Shown: piece by piece, positions 58,701-64,000 of the stretch
How positions within the stretch are numbered: the first letter of the stretch is position 1
Layout of the letters: each line of letters starts with the position of its first letter
Source of the DNA: a virus
Taxonomy: Duplodnaviria > Caudoviricetes
DNA length: 64,000 nucleotides
Direction: 5' to 3' (one strand)
Virus record (IMG/VR): IMGVR_UViG_3300014205_000187
Span: 32,001-96,000 of that record
The notes under the pieces: generated by a model
The model's input: only the letters and a program-made list of their open reading frames with translations
The model's database searches: none
Told to the model about the DNA's origin: nothing
Translations under genes and position numbers: made by a program

Positions 58701-59208
58701 TCTTCTAGCTGACATTGCATCAAACACAGGCACAATGTACGATGAATACTTTGCAGCCCGACGCTATTACATAGCCAGAGCACCTTTAAGCTCTGTTCGT
58801 GTATGGTTTAGAATGACTCATCTCGCCAAAGACGTTTTTCGTGTAGGCTATAGAACTATTTTCTTTGATAGAATCTCATCTAACGAACTCTTATGCCCCG
58901 CAATGGACCCTGGATACTATGCAGGGCATAATTGTGTAGAAGCTCTTTGTGGTAATGTAACTTGTCCAAGTCAAATGTTTGGTTTGTCTGGACACCTTTA
59001 TAGAACAGACCCCACATACTCTGAGGTTTATACGCCTATCATGGAAGGTCAAGCTATCTTTACTTTACCTGAAAATCCTTATGCAGATTTGGGTTTAGCT
59101 TATGGCGCAGTGTGGAAACTTAATGTTACATTCAACCTGAACAACAATGTCAGAGGTTTTGATATTCCACTGCTTCCAAACTCTTCTCGAATAGCAGGTC
59201 AACGCTAA
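55762..59208 (+). CDS. Large tail tip protein
   Basis: 1148 aa; Cys clusters at both ends; coiled-coil inserts. Confidence 0.55.
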   Translation: MSACAEFECFICNICKEGRPTPAPDSDHKLQKTGKNENESVPWQWADALLVYVLGKIADVQDKQLDIYSGVNGYHIRTIPGKRWRQPIMVGAGASLVVVVDRFEDYDQLRFTDEYGGATTIGFDSDGYPLDSVQWDTLTDLYTYNIPIGYRVSGISITSWGMCIANIQGVDGKATFIMIDATGHCGLESVFKTHDQGLINFKDPYCNLGQILGPSCQLSHNPSEDMFWNLWLVSGVEDNAVMAVDSITGEVKGLQGLPTSPTPMSAVFSNNIISVLCGENGVGSVLYRFNVDPKHGANQFILRGAESTPGPTNQTITYAPSFRDDPKQESLPESKLPKYLEKAAKINESSKVEAVPSTFEDIPRYPDGKSSQTLNEDRVSATTTIAAPMYDNHSVDATKIDLPADLGVLQIVGAYGTIAELFDRGGDPTKPIFRLVHGTSYDFIVDGGFSYGCSTSSGEFQGVTNGLIGESIAVDKKYTLGTLRGLDVKAALIDSNTGNIIFREPKPQSTYRVYGGDYPALDPYISTIQPEIDAIQDDINRLTGEMLEAEYDGMVTYAADLQSEIIINQAWKSKLQARLTGTSDVLRSGCTNDTEAILEVVDGIERLETSPWLSPWLDPKRSTPGGSPIAAFGATPTTLDDFWTCFVRKPSSPKQVTLALMRRNWSRVYTEPGDITDTLLPEWVSNNVDPIQEIGNYQMFVSPRTPTMLTEYPIQFNYTSQGGFYPLGFPTSKYSNFDRYREEISSLNTFDEEYQRLITAEQAKPEAEQDTALITRYTAYIAENATRRAQLNIWLSGTKVEKDFYHISRRTLTATFPKIDISTGQTPDTETGIWSITDPITPVSASEAAANKWKTIAVGTDLTKKRGCVIEPGPYAWIAVAINLRADSMLGQELWLYPEARRNGLGIKVGALDYESMHPGYVSAFGIKGGGIYCAGWRASQYGEGAWAFWEWGVDFGGAAVDETSPAHIQLAAPSDAKETLLADIASNTGTMYDEYFAARRYYIARAPLSSVRVWFRMTHLAKDVFRVGYRTIFFDRISSNELLCPAMDPGYYAGHNCVEALCGNVTCPSQMFGLSGHLYRTDPTYSEVYTPIMEGQAIFTLPENPYADLGLAYGAVWKLNVTFNLNNNVRGFDIPLLPNSSRIAGQR

Positions 59209-60491
59209 TGATAACCATAACGTATAATCAACTTGGAGAAAATGTTGATACTGAACACGTCGGCCTGGTATCTCGACTTGAAGGTCTTACAGGGCCTAGA
59301 GAACTTTATGGACTTGACCAGCCTATTAACATATTAGATATAATCGATCATGTAAGTCTTGATGATGGTCTTATATGCTTTGAGTATCTGTCTAACTCTT
59401 TCTCCACAAAAGTGTCTATAGCTATAAATTGCTTAAAAGCTCATACTTTACCGTGGTCTAAAGTTTTTCCCGGTGATACACGTATGTTAGACCTTATCAA
59501 CAGTATTGACTTATACTACCAGTCAAAAGATATTGTTCCTGTGCCTAAAACAGATTATTGTGGGGATGCAATACCTGGTTTTTATGGAGTCATACCTATC
59601 AATCAAATAACAGATTCTTTAGCTTCTATAGTAGCCTCTGTAAATGCTCAAAATACTGTAGGTGTTGTATACTGGCACTATTTTTATGCTTTGAAAACTT
59701 CTCCTTGGACTCAAGAAGAAATTGATGCTGCCAACGCTCCAGCTTTAGTAAGTGGAGAATACGAGTATATGACCACAGGCGGTCTTAATGTTACAGACCC
59801 TACTATACTGACAGCCACAAACCTTCACAGTTATACACCGCAACAGATTGATGAAGCTCTTTTAAGAGACCCAGATTTTTATCTAAAAGATTCCTATCTA
59901 TGGGATAGTCAAATCGACCCCGGTTATGCTTATCCTTGTCTTGTGCGACGCCGTATTTTAATGGGTATAGACGACCAAAACGATCTTATAAACTACTTCA
60001 CTCTAGCTGTACAGGACATAGCAAACATACTTCAAATAGTCATTGACATGGTTTTATACGATGCAGGAGACCTTACTCCTATAATTATTGGAATACGAAA
60101 ATATATGTGGGAGTATGAGACAGGTAGACGCCTTGAAATGGCATCTCTTTTAGCACGAATGAATGACATAAAACGAGGGTTTTTGTGCGGTCCAACCGGA
60201 GACCCTATATCTGCAACTTACGAACAGCAGCTAATAGATGCCGGTCTTAATGCCAGAGCAGGTTTTATGCGAAACTCTGTTATCATAAACTCTTACGATA
60301 CAAACATGGATGGAATACTAAGTGACGCAGAACGCACAGCTTTAGAGAATGGTGCTCGGGCACTTATGGTAGCTACTCGGGCAGCTCTTGGAACACAAAT
60401 ATACAATCAACTTTACGCTGAAATGGTGGCCTTACCAACATTAAGTAGTGGACAATCTCTTGTGGACGTGCTAACACCCTATCTTTTGTGA
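59208..60491 (+). CDS. Hypothetical protein with an EF-hand-like motif
   Basis: DTNMDGILSDAE. Confidence 0.6.
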   Translation: MITITYNQLGENVDTEHVGLVSRLEGLTGPRELYGLDQPINILDIIDHVSLDDGLICFEYLSNSFSTKVSIAINCLKAHTLPWSKVFPGDTRMLDLINSIDLYYQSKDIVPVPKTDYCGDAIPGFYGVIPINQITDSLASIVASVNAQNTVGVVYWHYFYALKTSPWTQEEIDAANAPALVSGEYEYMTTGGLNVTDPTILTATNLHSYTPQQIDEALLRDPDFYLKDSYLWDSQIDPGYAYPCLVRRRILMGIDDQNDLINYFTLAVQDIANILQIVIDMVLYDAGDLTPIIIGIRKYMWEYETGRRLEMASLLARMNDIKRGFLCGPTGDPISATYEQQLIDAGLNARAGFMRNSVIINSYDTNMDGILSDAERTALENGARALMVATRAALGTQIYNQLYAEMVALPTLSSGQSLVDVLTPYLL

Positions 60492-60518
60492 TAGAATACA
60501 AATCTGAGGTTTCTTGTA

Positions 60519-60926
60519 ATGAAATTGGTTAAACACATAGGCAACATAATCTTTCGTACAGACACCGAATACACTGAGTTTCTTCTTGGAATGGTATCCA
60601 TCATTACAGGGATTTGGCTGTTCATACCTTTTGCTGAAACCTATTTCCAAAGAGGTCTCGGTTCAGCCGCCAAACCTGAGTTGTGGGGCACTCTTCTGTT
60701 ATTCTCAGGACTTACCAAGTTTATAGGAGTTCTACGAGGTAGACTCAGTTTCAGACAAACCTCATGCCTTATTGCTACTTTTGTCTGGGTATTTATTTCT
60801 GTGGTTTTTTTAACTGAAGACCCTTCCGTATGTACCGTGGGCCAACCGTTAGCTCCGATAATGATAGTGCTAGGCTTTTTTAATGCTCTAATCTATATCA
60901 AACTACGGTTGGTGCCACGCCCATGA
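60519..60926 (+). CDS. Four-TM membrane protein (holin candidate)
   Basis: Four hydrophobic segments; end of the late region. Confidence 0.55.
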   Translation: MKLVKHIGNIIFRTDTEYTEFLLGMVSIITGIWLFIPFAETYFQRGLGSAAKPELWGTLLLFSGLTKFIGVLRGRLSFRQTSCLIATFVWVFISVVFLTEDPSVCTVGQPLAPIMIVLGFFNALIYIKLRLVPRP

Positions 60927-61243
60927 ATCAATGGCTTACTCCAATTGCAATTGCCGGTATTACGACGATTCTGGTTAATCTCGTCTCTACTATACTCTCG
61001 GCAAAACTCCAAAATAAACAGATAACTGTCTCTGATTCAGCTTCCTTTAGACAAAGCCTTGTTGATCGAGAAACCACGCTGGTGGGAGAGATTCAATGTC
61101 TGTCTGATAAGTGCAGAGAGCTTGAAAAAGACCTCCACGATGCCAACTGTAAAATCGTAATGCTGGAAAAGGCTAAAAGTGAGCTTGAAATTGATCTGCT
61201 ACATCTAAAGGCAACAATAAATGAGAAAACCGATATTCAATGA
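60923..61243 (+). CDS. N-terminal TM + coiled-coil protein (lysis accessory)
   Basis: Hydrophobic N-terminus and heptad repeats. Confidence 0.55.
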   Translation: MNQWLTPIAIAGITTILVNLVSTILSAKLQNKQITVSDSASFRQSLVDRETTLVGEIQCLSDKCRELEKDLHDANCKIVMLEKAKSELEIDLLHLKATINEKTDIQ

Positions 61244-61451
61244 ACAAGGCAACGAAGTTGAAGACTTCTCTAAATACTGCCCCGTGTGTGGAACCACTGA
61301 CATCGAAAAAGGTGAAATGACCGGACCCGATTTCGATGAAAAAGGCTGGTTCTACGCTCACCACTTCACATGCAAAAACAAAAAGTGTAAGCATACCTGG
61401 ATAAACAAAGTAATCGTAGCTGGCGGCGGCATGGTCGCCAAGTATCGATAA
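61221..61451 (+). CDS. Zinc-ribbon protein
   Basis: CPVCG...CKNKKCKHTW. Confidence 0.65.
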   Translation: MRKPIFNEQGNEVEDFSKYCPVCGTTDIEKGEMTGPDFDEKGWFYAHHFTCKNKKCKHTWINKVIVAGGGMVAKYR

Positions 61452-61505
61452 TCCAGTATTTGTACTAGGCTGACAAGCCTTTAAGGATTATGCTATACTA
61501 CCCGT

Positions 61506-61889
61506 ATGAATGCTCTCCTACTTGTTTGGACATTCATGTTCTCTGGACAGCCTACTGTGGTTGTGTCGAAGAACGATGTCTGGCACACAGGACAAGTCAC
61601 GACGTATGCCGCAAAGTTTGAAGGACGACGCTGCGCTGATGGTAGTCGTTTCAGTCATAAACGTCTGATTGTAGCCTGTAGAGGTGGCTCGTTCGGTCGC
61701 CGGATTGAACTCAGATACGGTAAAAACGGACGTGCCATCGTCAAAATCGCTGATCGTGGAAGACTGCCTATGCACAGATCGAACAAATGGCAGTTCGACA
61801 CGACCAAAGCCGTTGCCAAAAAACTTGGTTTATACAGAATACACAGAGGAAAGACCGACCGCACAGTAAAATGGAGATACATCGAATGA
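61506..61889 (+). CDS. RlpA-like double-psi beta-barrel protein (lytic transglycosylase-like)
   Basis: TTYAAKFEGRRCADGSRF, IADRG, FDTTKAVAKKLG; hydrophobic N-terminus. Confidence 0.8.
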   Translation: MNALLLVWTFMFSGQPTVVVSKNDVWHTGQVTTYAAKFEGRRCADGSRFSHKRLIVACRGGSFGRRIELRYGKNGRAIVKIADRGRLPMHRSNKWQFDTTKAVAKKLGLYRIHRGKTDRTVKWRYIE

Positions 61890-62182
61890 TTTATACGTGG
61901 CATTTCTGGCTGAACGCTATTATTTTGGGGCCTCTTTTCTGGCTCATACTCTTATGTATCGGCGGTTTTGGCCTCAGACAACTCAAAGCTATCTCGACCT
62001 GGTATTTTGGCCTGCCGATAAATCAGTGGCCTGCTATGTGTCTTCTGGTCATAGCTTGCAAGGTATTGAAAAGCAAACGCTATTGTCATTTCATGACGTA
62101 TGACGGACGATTCTGGCTCTCCCCCAATGTTGATGGGTTCAAGACCCCAGATTTGTCTCCTGTAGAAATCACACCGAAGTAG
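61886..62182 (+). CDS. Membrane protein
   Basis: ATGA-coupled; hydrophobic. Confidence 0.5.
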   Translation: MIYTWHFWLNAIILGPLFWLILLCIGGFGLRQLKAISTWYFGLPINQWPAMCLLVIACKVLKSKRYCHFMTYDGRFWLSPNVDGFKTPDLSPVEITPK

Positions 62183-62201
62183 ACGAAAGGAACAATATCC
62201 A

Positions 62202-62465
62202 ATGGAACCAAAAACTTTTGCTGAAGTATTGAAAGGTGCCACACCCTCGGACGCCAAGATCGAGACATTCAAGAATCGTATTCTCGCTCACGGTGAAGTC
62301 CAGGTCAGAATGACCTCCGGCCAAACGCACAGCATTCACATGGGCGATCACGGTGATGTGGCTCCCGGTCTCATCACCTACAAAGACAACACGGGCACGA
62401 TTCACAACCTGTTCGTGGACCAGATCGAGTCTATGTGGACACACAAAGGCTATCCAGAAGGATAA
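62202..62465 (+). CDS. Hypothetical protein (Sm/LSm-like beta fold possible)
   Basis: AAGGA SD; EVQVRMTSG...VDQIES. Confidence 0.6.
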   Translation: MEPKTFAEVLKGATPSDAKIETFKNRILAHGEVQVRMTSGQTHSIHMGDHGDVAPGLITYKDNTGTIHNLFVDQIESMWTHKGYPEG

Positions 62466-62467
62466 GC

Positions 62468-62659
62468 ATGGCCGTCAGCAAAGAACTTCTCTATGACCTG
62501 ATTAAGACGTGCTTTATGGTGCAAAAAGGCTCCTGTCCGGGCTGTATGCACTATGTCGAGTGCATCAAACTGGCAAAACGTATGGGGCTTCCTTACGATG
62601 ATCGATGGGAGCCGGATGAGAGGCAACATGTTACCGGAAATCATCATCGAAACTCCTGA
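62468..62659 (+). CDS. Small Cys-containing hypothetical protein
   Basis: C...CPGC....C; coupled to neighbours. Confidence 0.5.
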   Translation: MAVSKELLYDLIKTCFMVQKGSCPGCMHYVECIKLAKRMGLPYDDRWEPDERQHVTGNHHRNS

Positions 62660-63815
62660 ACTTCAGTCCAAGAATGTTCGGGGGCAGATCAAATACTGGC
62701 AGGCTTATGGCATCAAAAAAGACGACGGTAAGTGCTATTATTACACACTCTGCTGGCATCAGCTTGAGAACAGCGAGACCAGTGCCAGAACCACCAGTGA
62801 ACTCAATCAGGTCGTAGGCAAGAACAGAGGCCGGTCTAACGAGACCTCAGACGAAGAGCAGCTCATCTTTGAAGTGGGCGTCCTCGAACGTAAGAAACGT
62901 GAAGAGGGCTACCACGTCGAAGGTGAAGAACCTACCCTGGTGCTGTCTCTGCCCATGTTGGCGTACAAATACCCCAAAGAAGGTTCAAAACTCAGATTTC
63001 CATGTTATGCACAGCCAAAACTCGATGGTTTTAGATGTGTAACTAACTCTGAACTGTTCTGGACTCGAAAAGGTAAACTCTATCCCTCTGACGTGGTTTC
63101 ACAATTCAGCTTCGACACCAACGGCTTGATACCTGATGGTGAATTGATGCTGCCCCCCGATTATCCCTTCGAGCAGGTCAAATCAGCCACGGCCAAGTTC
63201 AACAAAGAACTGACCCCACTGCTCCAATATCACATCTTCGATTGTGTGCCTGATGGTGAGCAAATGTCTTTTGATATGACCTTCGAGCATCGTTACAAAT
63301 ACTACATGGAGATGCTCAAACAGGCCAAAAACACCGGGATTTTGCCGGATAACGTATTCCCGGTAAAATGCACTATCGTCAACAATGTCGAAGAGGCCGA
63401 AACTTTGCTCATGAAGTCCCTCAGACTCGGTTATGAGGGCATTATGCTCCGCAACATCGACGGCATATATTCGATCAATCATCGGAGCCGAGATTTGTTG
63501 AAGTTCAAGTTCTTGGACACCGTGGGAGGCATGATCGGCTTCGAGGACGCTGAGTTCGAGGTTGTAGGCTGCAAAGACGGTCGTGGCCGAGAATCTGGAG
63601 CCATAATCTACACCTGCGTGACCTCCGATGGCACAAAGTTCGATGTCAGACCCGAAGGCACCATAGAAGAACGTCGAATGCTGTACACGGGTTTTATACA
63701 CGAAAGGTTGTTTCCTGTCGGTCATAAACTCACAGTGAGGTATCAAAATCTCTCAAAATACGGGGTACCGAGGTTCCCTGTCGGCATTGCTTTCAGGAGT
63801 GAAGATCATACATGA
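62628..63815 (+). CDS. ATP-dependent DNA ligase
   Basis: QPKLDGFRC, DGEL, IFD, EGIMLR, LLKFK, PRFPV. Confidence 0.93.
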   Translation: MLPEIIIETPELQSKNVRGQIKYWQAYGIKKDDGKCYYYTLCWHQLENSETSARTTSELNQVVGKNRGRSNETSDEEQLIFEVGVLERKKREEGYHVEGEEPTLVLSLPMLAYKYPKEGSKLRFPCYAQPKLDGFRCVTNSELFWTRKGKLYPSDVVSQFSFDTNGLIPDGELMLPPDYPFEQVKSATAKFNKELTPLLQYHIFDCVPDGEQMSFDMTFEHRYKYYMEMLKQAKNTGILPDNVFPVKCTIVNNVEEAETLLMKSLRLGYEGIMLRNIDGIYSINHRSRDLLKFKFLDTVGGMIGFEDAEFEVVGCKDGRGRESGAIIYTCVTSDGTKFDVRPEGTIEERRMLYTGFIHERLFPVGHKLTVRYQNLSKYGVPRFPVGIAFRSEDHT

Positions 63816-64000
63816 AAACACGCTATGTAGTTGGTTATTTGTTTAATAATGACGGCACCGCCGTCATTCTTCTTCGTAAAACTCACCCTGAGTGGCAGGC
63901 TGGAAAGTTGAACGGCGTCGGCGGCAGAGTCGAGGAAAATGAGACTCCGGCTGCCTGCATAGAAAGAGAGTTCCTGGAAGAGACCGGAGTTCCATGTAAC
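63812..64000 (+). CDS. NUDIX hydrolase, 3'-truncated
   Basis: MKTRYVVGYLF...GGRVEENETPAACIEREFLEETG Nudix box. Confidence 0.9.
   Translation, partial: MKTRYVVGYLFNNDGTAVILLRKTHPEWQAGKLNGVGGRVEENETPAACIEREFLEETGVPCN

Noticed and set aside
49951-59208. Diversity-generating retroelement targeting the fibres
   Set aside because: No reverse transcriptase, and no TR/VR pair with adenine-specific mismatches was seen
1-64000. Genome-wide TAG (amber) recoding, suggested by the in-frame TAGs at 46389 and 46989
   Set aside because: Genes are long and intact in code 11, and TAG ends complete proteins such as DinG (4051), TerL (22108) and TnpB

Overview
This 64 kb window is a gene-dense segment of a large tailed dsDNA bacteriophage, read in the standard genetic code and almost entirely on the + strand. 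About 0.3-20 kb is replication and nucleotide metabolism: ThyX, a DinG-like helicase, a primase-helicase, an SNF2 helicase carrying an Ala1/WCT class-3 intein, a UDG-fused family A DNA polymerase, nucleases, class II ribonucleotide reductase and dNMP kinase. About 20-34 kb is a T4-like head module: terminase, a gp20-like portal, and one DUF6582-protease-scaffold-major capsid polyprotein with apparent nested starts. About 34-60 kb is a sheath-less, siphovirus-type tail module (tube, G/GT chaperone with a -1 frameshift, 1340-aa tape measure, fibre and hub proteins), interrupted by a solo tnpB element, two EndoVII homing endonucleases and a GT9 glycosyltransferase. About 60-64 kb holds lysis candidates, DNA ligase and a NUDIX hydrolase. 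The most notable unannotated signals are a free-standing degenerate Hint-fold gene coupled to TerL, a promoter-driven ~155-nt structured RNA, an antisense 29-aa membrane peptide transcription unit, several apparently leaderless promoters, a probable ATC start codon, and secreted OB-fold proteins that suggest an Armatimonadota host. All family assignments come from motif recognition by eye; no database searches were run.
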